Origin: Eledone cirrhosa
Lineage: Eukaryota
Assembly: GCA_964016885.1 (NCBI GenBank)
Contig: OZ024744.1
Span: forward strand, 112,592,001-112,656,000
Reading direction: 5' to 3'
Length of the DNA stretch: 64,000 bases
Shown: one piece after another, positions 24,021 to 37,390 of the stretch
How positions within the stretch are numbered: the first letter of the stretch is position 1
Layout: the number at the start of each line of letters is the position of its first letter
Translations under genes and position numbers: made by a program
The notes under the pieces: generated by a model
The model's input: only the letters and a program-made list of their open reading frames with translations
Database searches by the model: none
What the model was told of the DNA's origin: nothing

Positions 24021-27000
24021 TTTTCTTTATTAACCACAAGGGTTTACATAAAGTAGACATTAAGGACAGTACAGGACAATACAGGACGGTACAAATGGGC
24101 ATTTCTGCGTGTAAAAAAAACAGCGGATGAAATAAAATAACAAAGAAAAATTCCCCAATAGGGGGGAAACTTCCGAGGGGCATTTGTGGAGAAAGCCCAT
24201 TAAAAGACCACAGTGGCCCTGACCACCAGGGCAAGTGCCCTCTCCCAGTTTTCCACCTTTAATTTACAGACACATACTCAGAGAAGGCCCATTCATTCGG
24301 GCCATACTTGCTTCTCTCACCCATCTTTCAACAAAATGCTGGGAAGAGAGCACTTCCCTCTCTACCCTGATTTTCCTTTTCAAATGAAATTTGAAAAAGT
24401 TAATCAGGGCATCACCGAAGAGGTAAGTGCTCGTCTTCAGCCCTTTCAAACGTGTCCACCATACTATCTATTTAGCCATGGCCACCAGACAGATAAAAAC
24501 TGCCTGCCCTTCCCGGCTAAAGGAAGGGGGCGGGGCAATCCTCACGATGGACTCAGCTGATAGCTGGATCCGTCCTACACGTGACAGCAGGTGTTCGACA
24601 TAAACCCACAAGTCAGCAATGCTCGGACACTGGACGAGTGCGTGCAGGACGGTTTCGTCGCCCTGTGCGCATCTCGGACATGCCCGGCTGACGGCACCTC
24701 CATGCCTGTAAAGTTTATCCCGAACTGGCAAAGCACCCCGGTAGCACTGCCAGGCCAGGGATTTCTGGAAGTTGTCCATAGGCCCCGGCCCGAAAGTCCT
24801 TCCGAAGAGATTGGCTAGTTGATTTTCGTCGACGCCTAGAGTTTCTCCAAGTACGTCGTCGCTCTTCCCCACCACTAATCCCCTATAGAACGCCAAGGTG
24901 GAGTTTCCACCGATCACATTGCCCGATTGGTCGAGGGCTGTGAGCGCCTGAAGACATTCCAGTCTCCAGGCGCTCCCTCTCGGTCTTCGCTTGACCCAGG
25001 GCTGCAGCTCTGTCAAGGAAACGAGCTGGGGAAATACGTGTCTAGCAAACGGCGACCACACCTGATCACCGTCGAGGAAGAGGTGGAGATGTCGTAGCCT
25101 GAACGCGTGCCTGCGCATCATCAGCCACGGCATGCCCAGCCCTCCACGTAGCGGGTGTTGACAACAGATGGACCGCCTGACCATCGGAGCGCGTCCCTTC
25201 CACAAAAAGCGAAAGAGCAAACGCTCCAGCGCAGTCAGGCGAGGCTTAGGACAAGGTACGACGGTCAGGCGGTAGCAGATGACAGACGCGATGTACGCGT
25301 TAGCCACCTCCGCTCGACCTTTCAGGGATAGCTTCCTCTCGGCCCATTTCTGGGTGAGAGAAGCCACCCTGCTCGCCACCTCATCCCAGTTTTTGTCCGT
25401 CTGGAGGTCCGGACCGAACCAGACCCCTAGCAATTTAACCGGTCCGTCCGTCCAGCGTCCTACGACGCTGTTGGACTGCATGGACCTGCCTCTCCAGGTG
25501 CCGAGCTGCAGGCCCACTGACTTTTCCTGGTTGATCATTGCTCCTGTCACCGCTTCGTATTCTCTTAGTGTAGTGCCGATCGCCTCGATGTGTTTGGCGT
25601 TCGACACCACTACGGTGACATCGTCCGCATATGCTGACACGGATCTTCCGCATCCTAGTTCGCGCGGGACGCCCCTCAACGTCTCCAGTTTGTGCAGTAA
25701 TGGCTCGAGAGTCAATACGTACAAGAGGGACGAGAGGGAACATCCTTGGCGGACCGAGCGCATGATGTTGAACGGTTCCGACAGGTGACCGTTCACTCTC
25801 TCCACAGAGCAGATGTCGCTGTGCATGGCAGCGATCCAGCCTCTGAAGACGGGCCCAAAGCCAGCCGCCCTCAGGACTGCCGTTAGGTAACGATGGTCGA
25901 CCCTATCGAAGGCTTTTGACTGATCTAAATTGATCAAGGACCCAACTGTGCCAGGTTCCCTAGCTACCCTCTCTACGATGTATCGCATGAGGTGGAGGTT
26001 GTCGTGGATGGATCTGTCGGGAATGGCGCATGTCTGCGCCTCTCCCACCAGACCACCAACGACAAGCGCCAACCTCTTTGCTAGCACCTTGGCCAAAATC
26101 TTGAACTCTGTGTTTAGCAGAGTTATGGGCCGGAAATTATCTATGTTATCCCCCTTGTTCGGCGGATCCTTTCTCAGCAGTGCCACCGCTCCTCGGCTCA
26201 CAGAACTGGGAATTCTCCCGTTCTGTTGCCAGTTGCAGTAGACGTCCGCCAAGAGGCCTCCGAACAAGTCTGGCATCTGTACGTAAAGTTCATAGGGCCG
26301 ACCATCCAAACCAGGCGATTTACCCCTTGTGCAGCCAGTCATTGCCCCCAGCGGCTGTTATCGGCTTTTCGCAACACCTCGCCCCAGTGGCCGAGAGCCG
26401 CGGTAGTCCGTCGAGGTAGACACTAAAGTCCATCCCTCGATCCGGCCCACCGCTGCCCCCGAACAGCTGAGCGAAGTGTCGCTGAAAAGCTTCACACATT
26501 TGCCCGGGATCGAGTAGCATGCGCCCGTCGTGTTCCACCAAAGACCGGATCGTGGCTTTGTTGCCACGACGCGCCTCCGCCACTCGGGCCTATTGAACGG
26601 CTTTCGTCCCCTCGTATCTGAGAGCACGCACCCTTGCTCTGACAACGCAGCCTTCGTGCTTTGCATTGAAGAATTGGTCAAGGGCCAATTTCGCCGCAAG
26701 CACGTCGGTCGCAATGCCTTTGCTAAGCCCCTCGTCTAATTTTCTAACTAGTTCTCCCTCTGCTCTAATTTTCTCTATTGCTAAAGCCTTACTAAACCTA
26801 ATGGACTCTATTCTAATCGCTCTTTTCAGAGCAAACCACCACTTGTTGTTGACGATGGCCACCGTTAACGCCCGCTTAACTAGTTCGCTAATCCGGTCTC
26901 TGTAGGTCTTGCGCGCTGTTAATGACGCGTTTAGCTTCCAGTAGCCGGGTCTTCGTCTATGAAGCCTATCTAAGTCAAGCACACAGATCACGAATTTGTG

Positions 27001-30000
27001 GTCCGTGTAGCTGACTATCTTGAATTGTGGACAGCCTATGCTAGACCTATCTATTTCCCTACAAAATACTCTATCTAGATATGATCTGAATGACCCTATG
27101 CGATTTGTCCAAGTCCACATTGGTACATTCGGGAAATCCAATCGGTACCTGTCAGACAGTTCAAAACGCCTGAGCAGGTTGGTGAGGCTCTTGCACCCTC
27201 CACCCCTATCCGCTAATCCCACACAGTCCCAGCGTGCATCTAAGATCCCGTTCCAGTCGCCCACTAACACTAAAGAGCGGGACGTTCCAAGAAAGGTCTC
27301 CAGACGCCGGAAGAAATCAGGCCGCCCTGCTCCTGTCGGGGCATAGACGGCCACTAGCCTGAAAGCTTGCCCGTCTCCGCTGGTCACGTCCAGCACCACC
27401 AGCTTACCCTCTGGGTCCAGGAAGATGGCCCGTATGGCGAGATCCAAACCTCTCCGAAAAAGCACAGCAACTCCTCCCCCCGATCCAGGACGGCTGGGAG
27501 ATGCGTACACATCGTAGCCGCCGAAGATCGGTGCGAAGGCCCGTGCTTCGGAGATTCTGGTCTCGCTGATGGCCACTACATCTATGTTTAGTGACCTGAG
27601 GTCGTTGAGCAGGTGACCCTGCTTCCATGACGACCCCAAGCCACGCGCATTTATGCTGCCTATTCTGAGTGAGGTCATGTTTAAAATAGAGTGGAAAAGA
27701 TGGGAAAGACCACTTACCGTACTTTTCGTAGAGGAGGGATGGTTTTTACATCCCTTTTCACTTGATCGTCTGGTGAAGGGACCGTTGAATCGTCCCTTCG
27801 GCTGGTCGTCGGCTCTTCTAAGAGAATGTCTGAATATACTCTTCGATTGATGGTTCCTCCTAGGTCCCTGAAATCACCAACTGCGTTGGGGAATTTCGTT
27901 TTAATGTTTGTGTATTGTTTCTGTGCTATTTTTAGCAGTCTTATGTTAGTTGGCGTTTTGATTGGTGCTGGTATTATGTAGTCCTGTTGTGAAATGTCTG
28001 TGTGTTCAATTATGTAAGTCATTAGTTTCTTGTTGTGTGTATTTATTGCCGTGCATTTGTTTTTCTGGGGGTGGGGTGTGGTTCTGCTATTTTCTTGACG
28101 TTGTTGCTGGGTGTGTGTGTTTTGTTGTTGTGTTTGCGATGTTGGTGCTTGTGGTGGTGGTGTTGAAGGTGTTGTTGGCGGTGGGGTTGTCGCCGGTGGT
28201 GATGGTGGTGCTAGTGTGGGTGGTAATGGTGTTGGTGGTGTTGCTGCTGTGAGTCTCTTTGCAGTAGACTTTACCCTTTTCTCATTTCTTTCCTCCCTTT
28301 TCAAATGCGACGATGCGCTGCTTCTGCGTTTGTGCCTTCTTACGACCTTTTGCCATCCCTCTCCCACCTCATACTTCATGTCTGATTCTGTGAGGTCGGG
28401 GAGGGGTACCAGCTCCACTCTTTCACTTGTTGTTGTAGGTGATGTTTGCACTGGAGTCTCTGTTGCAGCTGCATTTAGTATTGCTGTTGTTGTTGTTGTT
28501 AATATTTCCACTGCTGCTGCTGCTGCTGTTTTTGATTTCCGTGGCGTGGGTATGGGTGCCACGGACCTATCGTTCCTGGTTGCCGCTTGTCCTGTTGCTG
28601 GTAGCCGTGGAGCCGGTTTCGGAAGGAGGGGGGTTTTCTCTCTTCTCAGGGTCTTCTCGTTGCAGAAGGCCCTGAGGTGAGTCTTCGATCCACAGCGAAA
28701 GCATTTCGGGCGTTTGCCCTCAACACTTATGGGCAGTTGAGTGCCGTTATCGAAGTCTATCACATCCGGGATAGCTTCGATGCACTCCTCGTTGGTTTTG
28801 ATTAGCATCTCAATGGAGGTGCCGACCCAATCTTCTCTTACTTTTTTCTGTACTTGCAGTACAGTTGTTTTGTCCTCGATTCCGACGAGGACAGACGCGG
28901 CCAGCCAAGAAGGGGCCATCCCGAGGGGGACGTGGGTCAGTTTGACCCTCACAATTTTTTGCCCGCAGTAGGAGGGCACCAACACCATTTCCTCGCTCCT
29001 TAGGGTCACTACGGATTGAGCCTTTGCCTCCTGGGGTGTGGCAAAAAGTACGTCTACGGTGGCATATTTTTTGCCTCGGGTGATGTGCGTTTTTCGCTGC
29101 CACACAGACCCCAAGGCTTTTTGTATTTGAGCCTCTGTGGCTCTTTCAACCCTACGGGATTTTGTACTTACTGTACGGTACGTGACCGTACAGTGCTGTT
29201 GGGTTTCGAAACATTTTTCCGCTGCCTTGCAGATTGCTCGGTGTCCAGTCTTTGTCACCATCTTCTTCGCTTCCTCTAATTCCTCATTTGTTATGAGGAT
29301 TGTTTTCAGGTTTTTCGCAATACCTGCAAATGAGATTGGTTTTTCTTTGCTGCTGTTGTTGTTGTTGTCGTCAGAGCTGCTGTTACTTTTGTTGTTGCTG
29401 CAGGTACTACGACTACTCCCTCCGCCGCTGTTGCTGTGGTTGTTGTTGGTTTGCTACTGCTAATGCTGTTGTTGTTTATGCTGCTGGTGATGCTGTTGCG
29501 GCTGCTACTGTTGTTTTCATTGTCACTGTTGCTGTTGTTATTACGGCTGCTACTGCTATTATTCCTGACGTCAGACGAATGAACTGGGTTTTCGTATTTC
29601 CCGCACACCTGTTTCGTCGCTGTCGTCGTCGTCGTGGAGAAATCTTGCACGCTTTGCACGAGACTTTTCTTTTCTTTCGTCGCTTGCGAAAGAGAAGGGA
29701 GGGAGAGAGACACATTTAAAGAAGGGAGGGAGAGAGACAATCTTCTCTCTGCTGTAATGATGATTGAGGAAGAAGAAGACGGAATGAGTGGGAGGGACCT
29801 ATGAAAATTCTTTTTCGTAGCCATGTTGTTTTTTTTGTTTAAAATAAATATTGGGCACAAAACCCCAATAAGCAGGTATTTAACCCCGAAGGGCCAAATA
29901 ACGGGCAGAAAGACCCCTCTCACGAGGAGGAGGGTGTTTTTCTCTACAAGTTCGTTAAAGTTTTAAACAATTTACAATTGTTATAGCGTTCAAAATTTAC

Positions 30001-30040
30001 AATACCTTACAGAGCTGAGCCTCCGTCAACCATAGCATTC
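24020..30040 (-). mobile_element. Tx1-C copy 2, most complete element in window (~6.0 kb) but with stops/frameshifts
   Basis: ORF1 29306-29923 plus 27714-29261; APE 26590-27678; RT and zinc finger 24468-26342. (AAT)n on both sides. Confidence 0.93.
24468..27678 (-). pseudogene. Tx1-C ORF2 (APE endonuclease + RT + zinc finger), interrupted
   Basis: 362-aa APE ends at a premature stop (26590); small deletion near 26345; 624-aa RT ORF with YADD. Confidence 0.9.
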
Positions 30041-30064
30041 AATAATAATAATAATAATAATAAT

Positions 30065-31177
30065 GTTTTTATTTATTAGCCACAAGGGCCGACATGTAGG
30101 GGACAATACAAAGACAGGGACAGTGGGGGGTCTACAATAAGGTCGAGTAAAAGTGCACAATGGCAAGACTAATTTAACAATGAAGATATACAAAATACAA
30201 AATAAACTATTCATAAATATAACAAAATAGATTCCCCGATAGGGGGTGGACGACCCTGGGGTGACTCGGGTACCCCACCAATCCTGAACCACCCTGCGCT
30301 TCTAGGGCACCCAGGGAGAGCACCCCTCTCCTCAAGTTAACCAGCCTATAGGCGCATGGTCAGAGTAGGCCCATTCACACGAGCCATTCTCGCCACATTC
30401 ACCCACCTTTTAGCAAATGTACTGGGGGGCAGCACTTCTCTCTCCACCCTCACCTTCCTTTCCAGGTGAAACTTGAAGAAGTTGATGAGGGATTGGCCGA
30501 AGAGAAAAGTATCTAATGCACGGACATTGGGCAAGTGTGTGCAGAACGGTTTCGTCGCTCTGTGCGCATCTTGGGCAGGTCCGTCTGACAGCACTTTCGT
30601 GCCTGTAGAGTTTATCCCGAACCGGCAGTGCCCCCCGGTAGCACTGCGAAGCGAGGGATTTCTGGAAATTGTCCATCGTCCCCGGTTCGAAAGTCCTCCG
30701 GTACAGACTGGTCAGTTCGACTTCGTCGAGGCCCAAAGCTTCTCCGAGTGCGTCATCGCACTTGCCCACCACTAATCCTCTATAGAACTCGAGAGTGGAA
30801 GTTCCACTGATCGCATTGCCCGCTTGGTAGAGAGCAGTGAGTGCCTGGCAACATTCCAGGTGCCAGTCACCCAGTCTCGGTCACTTCTTGACACAGGATT
30901 GCAGCCCAGTCAAAGAAACGAGCTGTCTGACAAACGGCGACCACACCTGTTCACCGTTTAGGCAGAATATCTAGAGATGTCGCAGCCTCAACGCATGTAT
31001 GCGCATCATTAACCACGGCATGCCCAGCCCCCCGCGTAGAGGGAGCTGGCAGCAGATGGACCGCCTCACCAACGGAACTTGTCCCATCCACAAGAATTTG
31101 AAGAGAGACTTTTCAACTTGACGAGATCGGACGGGAGCAAGGCACGACGGTCAGGCGGTAGTAGATGACGGACGCGA
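30065..31177 (-). mobile_element. Tx1-A 3' fragment (duplicate of 17971-19085)
   Basis: Same truncation point and internal deletions. Confidence 0.9.
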
Positions 31178-34100
31178 TAATGATTTCTTTATTGGCCACA
31201 AGGTCTGACATCAAGAAAAACATTACAGACGGCATAGGACGGTACAGGACGGTACGATGTGGGTTTTGTTCGTGTAAAGATTTTTATTATTTATATAAGA
31301 AAAGAAAAAGAAAAAGGACATAGAAACATATATAAACAATAAAAATGAAAATTGAAACAATTAAAAATTCCCCAATAGGGGGGAAACCTCCGAGGGTTAC
31401 TCGTGGCGAAAACTACACAAAAGACTACGGCCACCCTGACCACCAGGGCAAGCGCCCTCTCTCAGTTTTTCCATTTCTCAAACTACAGACGTATATTCAG
31501 AGCGGTCCCGTTCACCGGACCATTCTCGCTACATTCACCCACCTTTCAACAAACTTGCTAGAAGGCAGCACTTGCCTCTCCACCCTGATTTTCCTCTTCA
31601 AGTGAAACTTGAAAAAGCTAATTAGGGATTCGTCGAAGAGGAAAGTGTATGTCTTTAACCCTTTCACCCTTGTCTACTACACAATCTCTTTCGCCATGGC
31701 AACCAGGTAGATGAAAATCGCCTGCCCTTCCTCCTCGAAGGAAGACGGCGAGACCATCTACACAATGGACTCAGTCGATAACCGGATCAGTCCTACACGC
31801 GACAGCAACTGTTCGACATAGCTCCACAAGTCAGCAATGCTCGGGCACTGAACGAGTGCGTGCACGACGGTTTCGTCGCTCTACGCGCATCTCGGACAGA
31901 CTCGGCTGACGGCACTTCCGTGCCTGTAGAGCTTATCTCGAACCGGCAGCGCTCCCCGGTAGCACTGCCAGGCCAGGGATTTTTGGAAGTTATCCATAGG
32001 CCCTGGGCTGAAAGTTCTCCGGAAGAGAGCAAACAGCTGATCTTCGACACCCAGGATCTCTCCGAGAACGTCGTCGCTCTTCCCCTCCACTAGTCCTCTA
32101 TAGAACGATACTGGTGCCCAGAAAGGAAGGTGAGGGTGGAGAGAGTAGTGCTTCCCCCCAGTACATTTGATAAAAGGTGGGTGAATGTGGCGAGAATGGC
32201 TCGTGTGAATGGGCCTACTCTGACCATGCGCCTATAGGCTGGCTCACAAAACTAGGAATGCTCCCGTTCTGCTGCCAGTTGCAGTAGACGTCTGCCAAGA
32301 GGTCACCGAACAAGTCTGGCATAAATGCATAAAGCTCGTAGGGCAGACCATCCAAACCTGGCGATTTACCCCTCGTGCAGTTATCCATCGCTTCCCGTAT
32401 TTCACCGGCTGTTATTAGCTTTTCACAACACTCTGTTGCGGTCGTCGAAAGCCGAGGCAGTTCGTCTAAGTATGCACTAAGACAATGCCCCGATCCGGCC
32501 TGCCGCTGCTCCCGAACAGTTCAGCAAAGTGCTGCTGAAAAGCTTCACACATTTGCTCGGGTTCGAGCAACAGAGGCCCGTTTTGGTCAGATAAAAACCG
32601 AATTGTGGCTTTGTTACCACGTCGGGCCTCTGCCACCCGGGCCCATTGGACGGCTTTTGTCCCCTCGTGTTTCAGAGCACGCGCTCTAGCTCTGACAACG
32701 CAGCCTTCGTGTTTTGCGTTGAAGAATTGGTCGAGTGCCAATCTCGCCGCAAGCACGTCGGTTGCGATGCCTGTCCTAAACGCCTCTTCTAGCTTTCTTA
32801 CTAGCTCTCCCTCTACTCTATTTTCCTCTATCACTAGTCCTTTGCTAAACCTAATCGACACTACTTTAATTGCCCTTTTCAGGGCGAACCACGACCTGTT
32901 GTTGACGACTGCTCGCGTCAACGCCCGCTTAACTAATACGCTACTCCGGTCTCTGTAGGCTTTGCGCGCCGGGAAAGATGCGTTCAGCTTCCAGTAACCG
33001 GCTCCTTCTCTATGAAGTCTGTCTATGTCGATCTCACAGATCACAAATTTGTAGTCTGTGTAGTCGACTATTTTAAATTGTGGACAACTTATACTAGCCT
33101 TATCTAGTTCTCTGCAGAATACCCTGTCGAGATACGATCTGGATGACCCGATGCGGTTTGTCCGTGTCCACATTGGCACATTCGGGTGGTCCAGTCAATA
33201 CCTGTCAGACAGTTCAAAACGTCTGAGCAGGTTGGTCAGGCTCTTACACCCTCCTCCCCTATCCACTAGCCCCACACAATCCCAGCGTGCATCCAAGATA
33301 CCGTTCCAGTCGCCCACTAACACTAAAGAGCGGGACGTTCCAAGAAAGGTGTCTAGACGTCTGAAGAAATCTGGCCGTCCAGTCCCTGTCGGGGCATAGA
33401 CGGCTACTAGCCTGAAAGCGTTGTCTTCGGTGCCGCTTACGTCCAGCACCACCGACTTACCTTCTGGGTCCAGGAAGATGGTCCGTATGGCGAGACCCAA
33501 GCCTTTCCGAAACAACACAGCAACTCCGCCCCCCGCTCCCGGACGGCTCGGAGATGAGTACCTCGTAACCGTCGAAGATCGGTGCGAAAGCTTGCGTTTC
33601 GGAGATTCTCGTCTCGCTGATGGCCACCACATCTGCTTCCAAACCGAGCTCAAGCCACGCACGTTTACACTTCCGATCCTGAATACGGCCATGTTGGGTG
33701 AGGAACGGGGCAAGTGAGAAAGGATCACTTACCTTGATCGTCTGGTGAAGGGACCGTTAAACTGTCCCTTCGGCTGATCGTCGACTCTTCTGTGAGTATA
33801 TTCGAGTATACTCTACGGTTGTGTGTCCCTCCTATGTCTCTGAAATCACCAACTGCGTTGGGGAATTTCATTTCAATGTTAGTGTATTGTTTCTATGATA
33901 TTCTTACCAATCTTACGTTCGTAGGTGTTTTGATTGGTGCTGGTATTATGTAGTCCTGTTGTGAAATGTCTGTGTTCAATTATATAAGTCATTAGTTTCT
34001 TGTTGCGTGTATTTATTGCTGTGCAATTCTTTTTTGAGAGGTGGGGTGTGGTTTTGCTATTTTCTTGTCGTTGTTGCTGGGTGTGTATATTTTGTTATTG

Positions 34101-35402
34101 TGTTTGCGATGTTGGTGCTTGTGGTGGTGTTGTTGAAGGTGTTGTTGTTAGCGGTGGGGTTGCCGCCGGTGGTGATGGTAGTGCTAGTGTGGGTGGTGAT
34201 GGTGTTGGTAGTTTTGCTGCTGTAAGTCTCTTTGCAGTAGCCTTCACCCTTTTTTCATCTCTTCCATCCCTTTTCGAAGGCGACGATGCGCTGCTTCTGC
34301 GTTTGTGCCTTCTTGCGACCTTTTGCCATCCCTCTCCCACCTCACACTCCATGTCCGATTCTGTGAGGTCGGGGAGAGGTACCAGCTCCACTCTTTCACT
34401 TGTTCTTGTTGGTGATGGCTGCAGTGGAGTTTCTGTTGCAGCTGCAGTTGGTTTTACTGTTGTTATTGTTAATACTTCCACTGCTGCTGCTGTTCTTGAT
34501 TTCCGTGGCGTGGGTATGGGTGCCATGGACCTATCCTTGCTGCTTGCCGCCTGTCCTGTTGCTGGTAGCAGTGGAGCCGGTTTCGGAAGGAGGGGGATTT
34601 ATTCCTTTCTCAGGGTCTTCTCATTGCAGAAGGCCCTGAGGTGAGTCTTCGACCCACAGCGAAAGCATTTCGGGCGTTTGCCTTCAACACTTATAGGAAG
34701 TTGAGTGTCGTTATCGAAGTCTATCACATCCGGGATAGCTTCGATGCACTCCTGGTTGGTTTGAATTAACATCTAAATGGAGGCGCCGACCCAATCTTCT
34801 CGTACTTTTTTCTGTACTTGCAGTACGGTTGTTTTGTCTTAGTCCTCGATTTCGACGAGGACAGACGCGGCCAGCCGAGAAGGGGCCATCCGGGGGGGGG
34901 GGACTTGTGTCAGTTTGTCCCTCACAATTTTTTGACCGCAGTAGGAGGGCACCGACACCATTTCCTAGCTCCTTAGGGTCACTAAGGATTAAACCTTTGC
35001 TTCCTGGGGTGTGGCAAAAAGCACCTCTACGGTGGCATATTTCTTGCATCGGGTGATATGCGTTTTCCGCTTTCACACAGACCCTAAGGCTTTTTGTATT
35101 TGAGCCCCTGTGGCTCTTTCAACCCTACGTGATTTTGTGCTTACTGTACGGTACGTGACCGTACAGTGCTGTTGGGTTTCGAAATATTCTTCGGCTGCCT
35201 TGCAGATTGCTCGGTGTCCGGTTTTCGTCACCATCTTCTTTGCTTCCTGTAATTCCTCATTTGTTATAAGGATGGTTTCCAGGTTCTTTGCGATACCTGC
35301 AAACGAGATTGGTTTTTCTTTCTTGTTGTTGTTGTCGTCAGAGCTGCTGTTACTTTTGTTGTTGCTGCTGGTACTACGACCACCGCCGCCGCTGTTGCTG
35401 TT

Positions 35403-35436
<34 letters not shown>

Positions 35437-36088
35437 CTGTTGTTGTTGCTGTTGCTGCTGCTGTTGTTTTTGCTGTTGCTGCTACTTCTGTTGTTGTTTA
35501 TGATGCTGCTGATGTTGTTGCGGCTGCTACTAGTATTTTCCTCGCCACTGTTGCTGCTGCTGCTGTTATTACGGCTGCTGCTGCTATTCTTCATGACGTC
35601 AGACGAATGAAATGGCTTTCCGTATTTACTGCACACATCTTTCGTCGTCGCAGAGAAATGTTCTACGGCACGCGCGTTCTCTTGATGAAGAACGCTACAA
35701 GAAACTACATTTTTCTTTTTCTTTAATGGCGTCGCTTGCGAAAGACGCGACAGAGGCGACAGTACATTTAGAGAAGAGAGGGAGAGAGACAATCTTTTCT
35801 CTGACGTAATGACGATTGGGGAAGAAGAAGACGGAAGGAGTGGGAGTGACTTATGAAAATTCTTTTTCACATGTTTTTTTTACAGTTTAAAATGAATATT
35901 GGGCACAAATCCCCAACAAATGGTTATTTACCCCCCGAAGGGCCAAATAACGGACAGAAAGACCCCTCTCAGGAGGAGGAGGGTGTCTTTATCTAGAATT
36001 TGGTTCAAGTTTTAAACAATTTACAATTGTTATAACGGTTAAAAATTACGATACCCTACAGAGCCGAGCCTCTGTCAACCATGGCATT
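31178..36088 (-). mobile_element. Tx1-D copy 2 (duplicate of 19086-23979)
   Basis: Same RT deletion and inverted patch (32121-32244). Confidence 0.9.
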
Positions 36089-36089
36089 A

Positions 36090-36148
<59 letters not shown>

Positions 36149-37390
36149 GAGGGGTAAATTGAGCAGAAGCAACGGACTCCAGGTACCAACAGATGAGATG
36201 ATAAAGGAAATTGACACTGAAGAAGGATACAAGTATTTGGGTATTCTGGAGGCTGATGACATCAAGAACAAAAAAATGAAGGAATTGATAAGATCTGAAT
36301 ATATTCAGAGAGTAAGGAGCGTATTAAAGTCACATCTGAACAGTAGGAATGCCATAAGTGCAGTAAATTCCCGAGCTGTGTCTATTATTAGGTACAGTGC
36401 GGGAATTCTGAGATGGAATGTTGCTGAACAAAAAGAAATGGATAGGAAGACTAGGAAGCTATTGACTATCTACAACATGTTCCACAAGAGGAGTGGTGTC
36501 GATAGACTCTACTTAAGGAGAGCTGAAGGTGGAAGAGGTCTTATCAGCATAGAGGACTGTGTTCAGGTGGAGAAAAACAACCTGCACAAATACATGGCTG
36601 ATAGTAAGGAGCCAATGCTCAGAATTGTACTGAAGGAGAGGACAATAGACCAGGGGATGTCCAAGGAGGAAATAACAACGAGGAGAAAGAGCAACCTTCA
36701 TGAAAAATCCCTTCATAGTAACTTATTTGAGAAAACGGAATTCAGAGATCCACAGACATGGAACTGGTTGAGAAGAGGAGACCTTAAAAAGGCTACAGAA
36801 GGAATGCTAATGGCTGCGCAAGAGCAGGCCCTCAAAACGAAGTGGCTGAAACACCATATTTACAAGGAGGAGGCTAGCCCACTGTGCAGGATCTGTGGCT
36901 AGAGAGAGGAGACTGTGGCTCACATTGTATCCGAGTGTAAACACCTAGCCCAGATTCACTATAAGGGCTGGAGACATGATGTGATGGGCAGGGGGATCCA
37001 CTGGTACCTATGCAAAGTAAACAATTTACCACATTCTGAGAAGTGGTATGAGCATAAGCCAGAGTCGGTGATAGAAAACGATCAGGTGAAGGTTCTATGG
37101 AATTTTAGGACACAGACGGACAAGAAACTGGAACACAATAGACCTGACCTGGTGGTTTTGGACAAGGAAAAAAGATTGTGCCTGATTGTGGATGTGGCCT
37201 GCCCATTCGACACGAGAGTGCAAGAGAAGGAGAGGGAGAAAATTAAGCGATACCAGGACTTAAAGTGGGAGATAAAAAGGAATTGGAACTGCCATGAAGT
37301 CAAAGTGGTCCCGATTGTCATAGGCGCACTAGGTACTATCTCAAAAAGTTTCCAGGGATGGTTAAAGAAAATTGGCCCCGCCCCGCTTTT
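36149..37390 (+). mobile_element. Dong-B fragment (thumb, CCHC, RLE), truncated at both ends
   Basis: YKYLG, GGRGL, CRIC...HIVSEC and RPDLVV motifs; overlaps 11671-12110 in sequence. Confidence 0.88.

Larger units (their letters stand above)
12298..36148. repeat. Tandem segmental duplication, unit ~12.1 kb (Tx1-C + Tx1-A fragment + Tx1-D)
   Basis: Landmarks repeat at ~12.09 kb offset (17950/30041, 19086/31178, 15601/27678). Confidence 0.92.

Noticed and set aside
29905-29945. HDV-like ribozyme suggested by sense-strand CCTCCTCGTG in the Tx1-C 5' UTR
   Set aside because: No P1/P1' or P1.1 partner was found; it folds as a simple hairpin, and the motif is altered in Tx1-D.
6437-36148. Telomere-maintaining retrotransposon array (HeT-A/TART-like)
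   Set aside because: No telomeric repeats or chromosome end are visible, the array is internal, and it is explained by (AAT)n targeting plus duplication.
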